Source: Cephaloticoccus sp. | GTDB lineage: Bacteria > Verrucomicrobiota > Verrucomicrobiia > Opitutales > Opitutaceae | DNA length: 64,000 bases | NCBI GenBank assembly: GCA_030833445.1 | Contig: JAURHD010000017.1 | Span: forward strand, 996 to 64,995 | Direction of reading: 5' to 3' | Part shown: piece after piece, positions 46,214 to 55,457 of the stretch | Numbering within the stretch: position 1 is the stretch's first letter | Layout: each line of letters starts with the position of its first letter | The notes under the pieces: generated by a model | Databases searched by the model: none | The model's input: the letters and a program-made list of their open reading frames with translations, nothing else | Told to the model about the DNA's origin: nothing | Program-made: the position numbers and the translations under genes

Positions 46214-47017
46214 ATGGCCAAGCGTCGTCAACTTCGCGCTTTCGATCTGAAGCAAATCGACGGCTACGACAGTTTGATCGGAGTGGATGAGGCCGGGCGC
46301 GGGGCGTTGGCCGGGCCCGTGGTCGCCGCGGCGGTCTTGGTTAATCGCGAGTTTCTGGAGAGCCGCTGGGCGCTGACCAATGCCGGCCGGATCAATGATT
46401 CCAAACAATTGACCGCGACAGAGCGGGATGCCCTGTGGTTCGATTTTGAAACGCTGGCCGCCCAAGGTCAGATCCATGCTCACTTTGGGCTGGGGGATGT
46501 GGACGAGATTGCGCAGCTCAACATTCTCGGGGCGACCAAACTGGCCATGCGGCGTGCCGTGGAAGGAATTTACCCGCCGTCCGCTTTTGAGCAGAAGATC
46601 GAGCCCGATTTGTTTACGCCACCGGAAGTGGTGGCAGAGTATCAGCCCACGGTGTCGGCCCGCATTATCGTGGACGGGCTGCCGCTGCGCAATTTTCCCT
46701 ATCCTCACACCGGGGTGGTGAAAGGCGATGCGCGCTCACTTTGCATCGCGATGGCCTCGATTATTGCCAAGGTCACGCGGGACCGGCTGTTGACCGAATT
46801 GGAAACAGGATTTCCCGGTTATGGTTTTGCCCAGCACAAAGGCTATGGCACCGAGGAACACCGGGACGCACTGCTGCGACTTGGGCGCACACCGCACCAC
46901 CGGGATGTTTTCCTGCGCAAACTGTTCGCGCAGCGGGTCGATCCCGACCAGGTCGATTTTTGGGATGAATCTACAGCGGATGCGATGACCGTCGATAACC
47001 AGACGGATGAATCTTGA
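46214..47017 (+). CDS. rnhB: Ribonuclease HII
   Basis: IGVDEAGRGALAGPVVAAAV, DSKQLT and ASIIAKVTRD. ATG at 46214. Confidence 0.85.
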   Translation: MAKRRQLRAFDLKQIDGYDSLIGVDEAGRGALAGPVVAAAVLVNREFLESRWALTNAGRINDSKQLTATERDALWFDFETLAAQGQIHAHFGLGDVDEIAQLNILGATKLAMRRAVEGIYPPSAFEQKIEPDLFTPPEVVAEYQPTVSARIIVDGLPLRNFPYPHTGVVKGDARSLCIAMASIIAKVTRDRLLTELETGFPGYGFAQHKGYGTEEHRDALLRLGRTPHHRDVFLRKLFAQRVDPDQVDFWDESTADAMTVDNQTDES

Positions 47018-47066
47018 TTTGCAGGCAGCGTTGACCCTGCGCTACGGCTGATTCAAAAACGCTGCA

Positions 47067-48239
47067 ATGCCCCCGAAAAAGCATTCCTCCCTTGATCGTG
47101 TGCTTGGCCGTTTGGATTCGCTGGATGCGGTTAACCTGACCAATCTGGTGCAGCGGCTGGCCCGGGAGCGCGGATTGTTTGAGGATATTTTCAACACCCT
47201 GCAGGAAGGGGTGCTGGTGATTACGTTGGACGGCGAAATTGAATACGCGAATGCCTCGGCCCATCGGTTGATTGGTCTGGGTGAAGATGCTTTGGTGGGC
47301 GGAACCTTGTGGCGATTAGTGCCCGGGCTGCGTTCATCCCTTGGGATCGCGCTCGATGATGAGGCGACCATGCCGGTGGTTACGCGGGAGTTTGAACTCG
47401 CCTATCCCGAGCCACGCACCGTCCAGCTCTACATGGTGCCATTTACCGGAGAACAGACGGCCAGTGGGCGCCGGTTTGCCGTGATCCTTTCCGACATCAC
47501 CCGCACCAAGCAGAATACCGAGGAGCGCATCGAGAATGAGCGCACTTCGTCGATTCTGCTCCTCGCCGCGGGCGTGGCCCACGAGTTGGGCAATCCCCTG
47601 AATTCGCTCACGATCCATTTGCAGCTGATCAATCGTAAGCTGAAAAAACTTAAAGAGCACAAGGATATCGATTCGGTGGCGGAATCCGTGCGGATTTGCG
47701 AAGGGGAGGTAAAGCGGCTCGACGGGATCATCACCAATTTTCTGGAAGCGATCCGGCCGCAACCGCCCGATCTGGCCGAGCTCAACCTCAGTGACGTGCT
47801 GGCCGAGGTGCTGGCGTTTCAACAACGTGAGCTGAGTGATCGCGAGATTCGCGTGGAGGCCGAAACCCGCGATGACCTGCCGCTGGTCATGGCTGACCGC
47901 AATCAGGTGAAGCAGATATTCTTCAATCTCATCAAGAATGCCGTGGAGGCAATGCAGCCGGGTGGTCGTCTGCGGATCAAGGCCCGCATCGATGACGATA
48001 TGGTCTACCTCGCCTTTGGGGACAGCGGCTCCGGCATCAAACAGGAGGAGTTAACCCGACTGTTTCAGCCCTATCACACCACGAAGGTAGGTGGCCATGG
48101 CCTTGGCTTGATGGTGGTCCAGCGGATCATGCGCCAACACGGCGGCCAGATCGGCATTGATAGCAAGGAAGGCGTGGGCACGGTGGTGACCCTGCAATTC
48201 CCCCGCAAGGACCGGCGCGTTCGTATGCTCAGAAACTGA
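47067..48239 (+). CDS. PAS-domain sensor histidine kinase (NtrB/AtoS-like, cytoplasmic)
   Basis: PAS ([18 protein letters not shown]), H-box [12 protein letters not shown]-box [10 protein letters not shown] and the G-boxes GDSGSGI and GHGLGL. Confidence 0.8.
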   Translation: MPPKKHSSLDRVLGRLDSLDAVNLTNLVQRLARERGLFEDIFNTLQEGVLVITLDGEIEYANASAHRLIGLGEDALVGGTLWRLVPGLRSSLGIALDDEATMPVVTREFELAYPEPRTVQLYMVPFTGEQTASGRRFAVILSDITRTKQNTEERIENERTSSILLLAAGVAHELGNPLNSLTIHLQLINRKLKKLKEHKDIDSVAESVRICEGEVKRLDGIITNFLEAIRPQPPDLAELNLSDVLAEVLAFQQRELSDREIRVEAETRDDLPLVMADRNQVKQIFFNLIKNAVEAMQPGGRLRIKARIDDDMVYLAFGDSGSGIKQEELTRLFQPYHTTKVGGHGLGLMVVQRIMRQHGGQIGIDSKEGVGTVVTLQFPRKDRRVRMLRN

Positions 48240-48277
48240 GCCCGGCGCGGTCACGCTCTCTCGTATTATTATACTCC

Positions 48278-50233
48278 ATGAAAAAATCCCTGCCCTTGGA
48301 AGCCACGTGGTCATTAATGCATGCCGAACCCAACTTGGGTCCGACGCTGGCGTGTTCCGCCATGCCACTCGATGAGCGATGGGTGCCCGCCCAAGTCCCG
48401 GGTGATGTGCACCTCGATTATCAGCGCGCTGGTCTGATCGAGGATCCGTTCTTCGGCATGAATCACGACAAGCTGCGGTGGATGGAGGAAATGGATTGGT
48501 GGTATCGCACTGATCTGACTCCGCCGACCCCCGCGCCCGGCCAGCGACTTCATCTGCTTTTCGAAGGGCTAGATGTGTTCGCCACGATTTATCTGAACGG
48601 CAAAGTGGTCGGTAAGCATCAGAATATGTTTACGCCGCTGCGCCTCGATGTGACGGACCATGTGCAACCGGGCGTAAATCGGCTGGAGGTGTGCCTTGGC
48701 GCGCCGTTGTTCCCGCAACATCGTCCCTACACGCCGGAAGTGCGGGGTTACGGCCAAATCACGCGCTTGCAGGTGCGCAAATCGCAGTCCTGCTACGGCT
48801 GGAATATATCTCCGCGCTTGGTGACTTGCGGGATTTGTAAGCCCGTTTCATGGCTGCTGGTTGATCCGATAGAAATTGACGACATCAGCGTCACGACCTT
48901 GTCCGTTCACGTGGATGGCTCCGCCGAAATCGAGGCCTTGATCGAATTGCGCCACAATCATGGCTCGCCTGACTCGGTGAAGGTGGACCTCACCATAGCT
49001 GATCAAACCCGCACGCTCATAATAGACGTAGATCCAAGTAGTGGACGAAGGGTGACGCGGTTTACGGTGCCTTCCGCCAAGCTCTGGTGGCCGCATAATC
49101 ACGGCGAGCAGCCACTCTATACCTGGAAAGCGACCCTCAGCCATCGTGGCAATGAGATCGATCGTCGCACGGGACGTTTTGGGATCCGCACGGTGCGTTT
49201 GATTCAGGAGACGGATATGGATGGTGGCGTATCCTTTGTTTTTGCGATCAATGGACGAAAGATATTCTTGAAAGGGATGAACTGGACGCCGGCAGATGCA
49301 ATGTTCTGCCGGGTGGATGACGCGCGTTACGATCAGCTCCTCGCCACCGCCAAGGATACGAACATCAATGCCATGCGAGTCTGGGGCGGAGGCGTCTATG
49401 AGTTGGATTCGTTTTACGCGAAGTGCGACGAACTCGGCATCCTGATCACGCACGATTTTATGTTTGCCTGCGGTTGTTATCCGCAGGATCTCGCGTTTCT
49501 CGAGGAGGCGCGCCTTGAAGCGGAATATCAGGTGCGGCGGTTGCGGCACTATGCCTGTGTAATCGCTTGGTTCGGCGACAACGAAAACGATGTGCTGGCG
49601 GTCAACAGCTTCAATCAACCCGGTTATATCAACAACCCGCTGAGCAAGCAGGTGTTGAAAAACGTCGTTCATCAGCACGCGCCGCTCACGCCCTATGTGC
49701 CAACCTCGCCGTATTCTCCACTGACCTACGATCAGAACGAACCCAAGGAAGGGGACTGCCATATTTGGGGTCACGGGTATTCCTATAAATCCGATTTCTA
49801 CGTGAAGCAGAATCCGCGCATGGTCACCGAGATCGGGCATCTTAGTTTTGCCTCGCGCGCGACGATCGACACCTACGTGCAGCCGCAGAACCAATGGCCG
49901 GTTTATCATGAGGAATATCTGACCCATGGTGCGGACTGCATCCGTCTCGATCGGATCGCCCGGCACCGGCTCAATTTTGAAAGTATCCGTGCACGAGGTT
50001 GGCCGGAGCCCAAAAGCTTGGACGAGCTGATTGAGAAAACCCAGCAACTGCAGGGTGAGGCGTCGCAATTCTGGATCGAGTTCTACGGCAATCAACCCAC
50101 GTGTTGGGGGATCTTCCTCTGGAATCTGGCCGACAGTTGGCCGCAGATGTCGGACGCTTACATTGCCTATCCCTATGATGTAAAAGCCAGTTTAGCCTAC
50201 GTCAAAAAGGGTTACGCGGAACTCCAGCGTTAA
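48278..50233 (+). CDS. Glycoside hydrolase family 2 protein (beta-mannosidase-like)
   Basis: The N-terminus W..AQVPGDVHLDYQRAGLIEDPF is followed by WWYR and LLFEGLDVFATIYLNG. Catalytic-type motifs are WFGDNEND and VTEIGH. Confidence 0.75.
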   Translation: MKKSLPLEATWSLMHAEPNLGPTLACSAMPLDERWVPAQVPGDVHLDYQRAGLIEDPFFGMNHDKLRWMEEMDWWYRTDLTPPTPAPGQRLHLLFEGLDVFATIYLNGKVVGKHQNMFTPLRLDVTDHVQPGVNRLEVCLGAPLFPQHRPYTPEVRGYGQITRLQVRKSQSCYGWNISPRLVTCGICKPVSWLLVDPIEIDDISVTTLSVHVDGSAEIEALIELRHNHGSPDSVKVDLTIADQTRTLIIDVDPSSGRRVTRFTVPSAKLWWPHNHGEQPLYTWKATLSHRGNEIDRRTGRFGIRTVRLIQETDMDGGVSFVFAINGRKIFLKGMNWTPADAMFCRVDDARYDQLLATAKDTNINAMRVWGGGVYELDSFYAKCDELGILITHDFMFACGCYPQDLAFLEEARLEAEYQVRRLRHYACVIAWFGDNENDVLAVNSFNQPGYINNPLSKQVLKNVVHQHAPLTPYVPTSPYSPLTYDQNEPKEGDCHIWGHGYSYKSDFYVKQNPRMVTEIGHLSFASRATIDTYVQPQNQWPVYHEEYLTHGADCIRLDRIARHRLNFESIRARGWPEPKSLDELIEKTQQLQGEASQFWIEFYGNQPTCWGIFLWNLADSWPQMSDAYIAYPYDVKASLAYVKKGYAELQR

Positions 50234-50239
50234 GGCACA

Positions 50240-50284
50240 AAAACGGGCGACCGGATGCACCCTCATTGGTGCAGGGTCGCCCGC
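50240..50284 (-). terminator. Long GC hairpin with a U-tract on the minus strand (bidirectional position)
   Basis: cgggcgacc (50245-53) pairs with ggtcgcccg (50276-84). The inner pair is tgcacc with ggtgca. A5 at 50240-44 gives U5 after the hairpin on the minus strand. Confidence 0.6.
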
Positions 50285-50292
50285 GGTCTGGC

Positions 50293-50436
50293 TTACTTCT
50301 TTTTATTGGCCGCTAGTTTGGCCTTGGTGGCCAGCTGGGCCTGGATCAGCGATTGCTTCTGCTTGTCCGAGGCATTGTGCTTTGTCTGCTTTTGCGCGGC
50401 CTTTTTTTGGACCGACTTTGGTGATCTATCGCCCAT
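50293..50436 (-). CDS. Candidate 47-aa highly basic Lys/Ala/Gln-rich protein (hypothetical)
   Basis: Below the track's length cut-off. Sequence: MGDRSPKSVQKKAAQKQTKHNASDKQKQSLIQAQLATKAKLAANKKK. AAGGAAA lies 8 nt upstream of the ATG. The terminator hairpin starts 9 nt after the stop. The antisense 61-aa ORF has equally high GC3, so the call is tentative. Confidence 0.4.
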   Translation of the reverse strand: MGDRSPKSVQKKAAQKQTKHNASDKQKQSLIQAQLATKAKLAANKKK

Positions 50437-50580
50437 GTGAGGGTTTCCTTCGGTTGAGTTATCTCGCCATCGGAATGTATGTTTCCCCGCGGGCGTGTTG
50501 GCTTATCCTCGAAGTTGCCAGCTGATAGCAAGCACGGTTACCAGCTCGCGGCTTTCAGATTTGGGTGTGCCGAATTTAAC

Positions 50581-51666
50581 TCAGGCGGCCGGCAGCTTTT
50601 CATACCGCCACCGCCATGTGTCACTATCCGGCCATTGGCCCACGGTGAGCGTTATCCGGATCTCGTCCCCTTGGGTGAACTCGGCTTGTTCGGTGCGGAG
50701 GATCCGGAAACCCCAATGCGGCGCGCGTTGGGGATCGATCGGATTTGAACTCAGACTCAGGTCGACGTCCACGCTCGTGCGAAAATAGATCGCAAAGCCA
50801 TCGAGCCGACCGGATCGAAGGATGGTGCGGCTGAACACAATCTCATGGGGCAGGGCCGACTCTTCAATCGTGTGCAGATCCATGGTCAGCACGGGGGTGG
50901 GTTGTCCCAAAAAACACTCGACCAGATTTTGGTCGCAACTGGTCATTTGGTAGTAACTGGACTCTTGGGGGCGGTGACGATCCAACGCGGAGTAATCGTA
51001 GCCATGGACATTCAGCTCCCAGATGAAAGGCACGCACCGATGATCATGGATTTTTACGGGTTCGCAGTAGAACTCAAAGTTGCTTGGGATGATCCGCCCG
51101 CCGGGTTTGAGCAATCGGTCGCGCAGATCGGTGACATTGGCCACCATGTCTTCGTCAAACAGGCCGTCGCCCATCTGTTCGTGTAAAATCACATCCACGG
51201 GTTCGATACCGGTGAATGCCGTGCTGTGCGTAGCCACGAACTCAACGGCCTCAACCTGGTTATCCGTCGCGAGTATCTGGGCGTCCTTGATGATGGCCGA
51301 ATGGTCGAGTGCATATACTTTGTCTGCTCCCTGGCGGGCCGCGAACGCGGCCAATATACCCGTCCCCGTGCCCAGATCGATGACGCGATCCCCCGGATGA
51401 ATGTATCGGCTGATGGCGGCATGGTAAAAATTCATGCGGGGTTGATCTGCCAGCATGCGTTCCTGCTCGTGGTAATCCGCGAACATGCGGCCATTGTGGG
51501 TGCGGTAGGCCGATCCGGGAGCGGCTGGATGCTGAAACCAAGCGGCCAATCGAGGGCGATCATCAATCCAATCTGCGCTCGCATCGTATATCCGACGGAT
51601 AGTGGAGAAAAAACCGGCGGTGAGGGATTGGAGCAGCTTGATGGGCATGGGAGCCGGGGTCGCCAT
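50581..51666 (-). CDS. Protein arginine N-methyltransferase (type I PRMT)-like SAM-dependent methyltransferase
   Basis: Colinear with the PRMT core: HEQERMLADQPRMNFY, VIDLGTGTGILAAFAARQGADKVYALD, VDVILHEQMGDGLFDEDM (double-E loop), LLKPGGRIIP, ELNVHGYDYS and APHWGF (THW-loop position). A C-terminal region of about 150 aa follows. The start is ATG 51666, or up to 51789. Confidence 0.7.
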   Translation of the reverse strand: MATPAPMPIKLLQSLTAGFFSTIRRIYDASADWIDDRPRLAAWFQHPAAPGSAYRTHNGRMFADYHEQERMLADQPRMNFYHAAISRYIHPGDRVIDLGTGTGILAAFAARQGADKVYALDHSAIIKDAQILATDNQVEAVEFVATHSTAFTGIEPVDVILHEQMGDGLFDEDMVANVTDLRDRLLKPGGRIIPSNFEFYCEPVKIHDHRCVPFIWELNVHGYDYSALDRHRPQESSYYQMTSCDQNLVECFLGQPTPVLTMDLHTIEESALPHEIVFSRTILRSGRLDGFAIYFRTSVDVDLSLSSNPIDPQRAPHWGFRILRTEQAEFTQGDEIRITLTVGQWPDSDTWRWRYEKLPAA

Positions 51667-51897
51667 CGCTCCGGATTCACAGGCTGGGGAGGTGTCCCAT
51701 ACAGCGCAACTGTATGATTGGTGAGAGTTTGAATGGCGGCCGCTCCGAGCGACGGTCAAGGGCTCGATCCGGTAGTCGGCCGGCGGCATGTTACAGATAT
51801 GTAAAGACCCGTAGGGGGACTGGAGAATGTTGAACGAAATGAACGCGGCTGAGTCTTCCGCTTTGTTAATAGTAGTTACGTTTGCTTGGTGTTAGGG

Positions 51898-51934
51898 GAG
51901 GGCCGTCTAGGGGTAGACGGCCCTCTTTATTTTT
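51898..51934 (+). terminator. Orphan intrinsic terminator in the leader of the dihydroxyacetone kinase gene
   Basis: gagggccgtct-aggggt-agacggccctc is a perfect 11-bp stem, followed by tttattttt. It lies 80 nt upstream of ATG 52014, and no annotated plus-strand gene ends here. Confidence 0.7.
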
Positions 51935-52013
51935 AGGAGTAAATGCTTCTGGTTTGGACATGGCGAGGCGAGGTGACAGGGTGGGGTCGCGATCAACCCC
52001 AACCCCTTGGATC

Positions 52014-53654
52014 ATGAGCCATTTTATCAACCGCCGGGAAACCCTGGTAACCGAAGCCATTGATGGATATTTGCTAAGCAGCGGCACCGGCCGACTCGCC
52101 CGCCTGGATGGATATCCTCACATCAAAGTCGTGGTGAGGCAGGACTGGGATAAACAACGGGTGGCGTTGATTTCGGGTGGCGGATCGGGTCACGAGCCGA
52201 GCCATGTCGGATTTATTGGCGAAGGCATGCTAACCGCCGTGGTTTGCGGCGAAGTATTTGCATCGCCCAGCGTCGATGCCGTGCTGAGTGGGATCTGTGC
52301 GGTCACCGGCACCCCAGGCTGCCTGTTGATCGTAAAAAATTATACGGGGGACCGTTTGAATTTTGGATTGGCGGCCGAGAAGGCACGACAACTCGGATAT
52401 AAGGTCGAATTGGTCTTTGTCGCAGACGATATCGCGATTGCAGATGCGCCCCATCCGCGCGGGGTTGCCGGCACTTTGTTTGTGCACAAAGTAGCGGGTC
52501 ATGTGGCGGCGACAGGTGGCACTTTGGATGAAGTGCAGGCTGCCGCGGCTGATACGGCCGGAGCGGTCGCTTCGCTCGGTTTGGCTTTGGCCACCTGCAC
52601 TTTGCCCGGGGAAAAGGTGAACAACCGTATTGCCGAGGGTCAGGCGGAATTGGGACTGGGCATTCATGGAGAGCCGGGGGCGAAACTCATTGCGGTGACC
52701 GACGCGCGTTCCTTGGTCGCAACGATGCAGGAACAATTGCAGGCTCATGTGCCGGTGGAGGGGCCACTTGCCATTCTGGTTAATAATCTCGGCGGCACGA
52801 CCCCCTTGGAAATGAACGTGGTGGTTAATGAATTAATGCGTTCTGCCTGGGGATCACGGATTGAGTTGATTGTGGGACCGGAGGGTTTGATGACCGCTTT
52901 GGATATGCGGGGACTATCGCTATCGGTGCTGCCCTTAAATGCGATGAGACGGACGGCCTTACTGGGTGTGGTGCAAACTGGCAGTTGGCCGGGCGCACGG
53001 TCGGTGGCCCCGGTGGTGATACAACCGCTGCCAGCCATTGCCACTACGACTTATGCTTCATCGGACGATCCTCAGACCAAGCGATTGATCATGGCTATCG
53101 CTGCCGCCTTGGAGCAGAATGAAGCGGTCTTGAATGAGCTGGATCGTCGCATTGGCGATGGGGATACCGGAACCACATTTGCTGCGGCGTCGCGCAGCGT
53201 GAAAGCCGCGATGACGGCCGGGACATTGCCTCTGGCCGATGCAAATCAGCTATGCTTGGCCATTGGTGATTTGCTGGGCAAAGCGATGGGAGGATCCAGC
53301 GGGGTCTTGTTGTCGATTTTCTTTACGGCCACCGGGCTCGAGCTTGGATGTGGGATGAGTTTACCCGCGGCTTTTTCCAAGGGGCTCGAGCGCATGCAGT
53401 CTTATGGTGGAGCCAAACCTGGTGATCGCACGATGATCGATGCCTTGGCCCCCGCATTGGCAGCTTGGGCCACAGGAGATCTCAGCTCGGCGGCCAAAGC
53501 GGCTGTGCAAGGAGCGCAACTCACCGCGACCATGAACAAGGCGAGTGCCGGGCGTTCATCCTATGTGAATGCCGAAAATCTCGCCGGCGTGGCTGATCCC
53601 GGCGCCCGAGCCGTGGCGGTGGCATTCCAAGCAGCGGCCGAGGCGTTCAACTGA
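52014..53654 (+). CDS. Dihydroxyacetone kinase (fused DhaK plus DhaL domains)
   Basis: MSHFINRRETLVTEAIDGYL, ISGGGSGHEPSH and NYTGDRLNF (DhaK), then DRRIGDGDTGTT and GGSSGVL (DhaL). Confidence 0.85.
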   Translation: MSHFINRRETLVTEAIDGYLLSSGTGRLARLDGYPHIKVVVRQDWDKQRVALISGGGSGHEPSHVGFIGEGMLTAVVCGEVFASPSVDAVLSGICAVTGTPGCLLIVKNYTGDRLNFGLAAEKARQLGYKVELVFVADDIAIADAPHPRGVAGTLFVHKVAGHVAATGGTLDEVQAAAADTAGAVASLGLALATCTLPGEKVNNRIAEGQAELGLGIHGEPGAKLIAVTDARSLVATMQEQLQAHVPVEGPLAILVNNLGGTTPLEMNVVVNELMRSAWGSRIELIVGPEGLMTALDMRGLSLSVLPLNAMRRTALLGVVQTGSWPGARSVAPVVIQPLPAIATTTYASSDDPQTKRLIMAIAAALEQNEAVLNELDRRIGDGDTGTTFAAASRSVKAAMTAGTLPLADANQLCLAIGDLLGKAMGGSSGVLLSIFFTATGLELGCGMSLPAAFSKGLERMQSYGGAKPGDRTMIDALAPALAAWATGDLSSAAKAAVQGAQLTATMNKASAGRSSYVNAENLAGVADPGARAVAVAFQAAAEAFN

Positions 53655-53669
53655 TTCCACGCACGGATC

Positions 53670-55457
53670 CTACTTGATCGTGAGGCTGAGCGATTGGGGC
53701 TCTGCCGATAGGGGCAACGAAAACACGAGGCGACCTTCCTCCGTCTCCGCATGACCATTATCCGTGTAAGGGTTGTGGGGCAGCACCGGCCACTTGATTT
53801 TTGCCTCACTCGGGATGGTGAGCTGCCAGCGATGATGTGCGATGCTCGTCAGACCAGTTTGCTCCCATGAGTCGGCATTGAGTTCTGTTGTGCTGTCGTT
53901 TGAAAAGGTCACCGGACTCTCCGGGTAGCGAATGAAGGTCAAATGGACTGCCGCGGGGCTACCATCCGGCGCTGGAGTCATCAGTCGGGTGCCGAGTTTC
54001 AAGTGGGCGTCATCTACTATCGCGAAGGTCAGCTCGGCGACCGCACCCGCACTTGTGATTTGCAACGTCCATTGATTGCCGGCTGCCTCCTCGATAGAGC
54101 AGGAATCGGGGGTGTAGGCCACGGCGACATCGGGGGCCAGATTGGACTGACGGGTGGCTCCCTGCGGTGAGATCAGGGTCGTATCTCCCACCGTGAGCGT
54201 GCTCCAGAGGGGTTGAATCTTCGTGTTGCCGCCGCCGAGAATCAGTCCGGCTTTGCGATGATAAATACTCACTAGGTTCTGGCGGTCTTGGATGAAACGG
54301 TTAGGAGTCCGTTCACAGCAATAGGCGGAGAAACTCAGCAGCCATGGATCCTCGCGGGCGATGAGTGCCTGATCACCCATCCGGAAACGCGGCTCCTGCT
54401 GGGCATCGAAGCTCAGATCGCCCGTGGTGGCGGTCAGGCAATAATAGAGGTAATCCACATCGTCGATTTCCTCGATGTTGCGGCTCTGCACGATGGGGAA
54501 CTGATGGGCGAACAGGGCGCGTCCTTCATTGGAGAAATACAAGCCGGGGTGGATGTTGACTTGTTTGGGCAGGTAGTGCGCCTGTCCGTCGGCATCGCGT
54601 TTCAACGTCAACGGCATGTAGGGATTCCGTTCATCGACCGTCTCGATCATCGCTCCGTTGGGGTAGACATAATTTAAGTGAAACCGGTTGCCTCGCGCAA
54701 TGGCCGGCAGCACCGACTCGTCGCCACTGATCGAATAGTAAAGTCCCAAGGCTTCGATGTATACGCGGTTGTAGGCGACGACCGGACCGCTGTGCTCCGA
54801 CCACCAACCATCGGGTGATTGAGCGGCCACGACGAGTTGCATGTAGTCACGGGCTTGTTGCTGCCATTCCGGTCGATTGAAAAGTTTGCCGGCGAGAAAG
54901 AGGCCGGTGGCATGATGGGAAGGGATGTTGTGCACCCATGGAATCACTTCTCCATCCTTCAAGGCGGGGCGGCCCGGCAGGGGACCCGGATAGATGTTAC
55001 TCTTCGAGGTCAACTCGGTGGCGGCGACACCTCCATAGCCGAGCAACAGCCCCTTGGTCCAAATCGAGTCGTCTTCCGGGGACAACTCCGCTTGCATAAT
55101 TTCGTATGTGATGATCCACCGCAGATAAGTCCACGGCATGTAGATCGGTCCCCAGTTTGAACCGTCTTTTTTATCGAAAGGATGCATGCCTTTCTCATCC
55201 TGTGTGGCCTGCATGCAGCGTCCACCGGCAGAGATGTGCTCCAACAACTTGGGATCCTTGTAGTGGGGACCGCCTTCGCACTGATAGAGCAAAGCCAGGG
55301 TGAGCATGGCATTTTGGTCACGCACGATCCACGGATCAGTCCCGAAGCGGCCATCCGGACGGGCCGTCGCGATGATCGGCTCATACTTGGCCTCGAGGGC
55401 GCGCAACAGAAATGCCCGCAATTGGTCATGGCCGAAAGATACTGGGGTGGAAGACAT
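53670..55457 (-). CDS. Hypothetical protein, possibly a heparinase II/III-like polysaccharide lyase fold; no signal peptide seen
   Basis: A 595-aa ORF starting at ATG 55457. The pattern VHNIPSHHATGLFLAG...SPDGWWSEHSGPVVAYNRVY resembles the N-H...DG..E..Y signature of (alpha/alpha) toroid lyases, and the C-terminal half is beta-rich. The family call is weak. Confidence 0.45.
   Translation of the reverse strand: MSSTPVSFGHDQLRAFLLRALEAKYEPIIATARPDGRFGTDPWIVRDQNAMLTLALLYQCEGGPHYKDPKLLEHISAGGRCMQATQDEKGMHPFDKKDGSNWGPIYMPWTYLRWIITYEIMQAELSPEDDSIWTKGLLLGYGGVAATELTSKSNIYPGPLPGRPALKDGEVIPWVHNIPSHHATGLFLAGKLFNRPEWQQQARDYMQLVVAAQSPDGWWSEHSGPVVAYNRVYIEALGLYYSISGDESVLPAIARGNRFHLNYVYPNGAMIETVDERNPYMPLTLKRDADGQAHYLPKQVNIHPGLYFSNEGRALFAHQFPIVQSRNIEEIDDVDYLYYCLTATTGDLSFDAQQEPRFRMGDQALIAREDPWLLSFSAYCCERTPNRFIQDRQNLVSIYHRKAGLILGGGNTKIQPLWSTLTVGDTTLISPQGATRQSNLAPDVAVAYTPDSCSIEEAAGNQWTLQITSAGAVAELTFAIVDDAHLKLGTRLMTPAPDGSPAAVHLTFIRYPESPVTFSNDSTTELNADSWEQTGLTSIAHHRWQLTIPSEAKIKWPVLPHNPYTDNGHAETEEGRLVFSLPLSAEPQSLSLTIK

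Noticed and set aside
50255-50440. The plus-strand 61-aa hydrophobic ORF (MHPHWCRVARGLAYFFLL...) antisense to the small basic ORF.
   Set aside because: Its ATG lies inside the terminator hairpin with no SD-like sequence. The U-tract orientation supports minus-strand transcription. I cannot fully exclude it, because third-position GC is similar in both frames.
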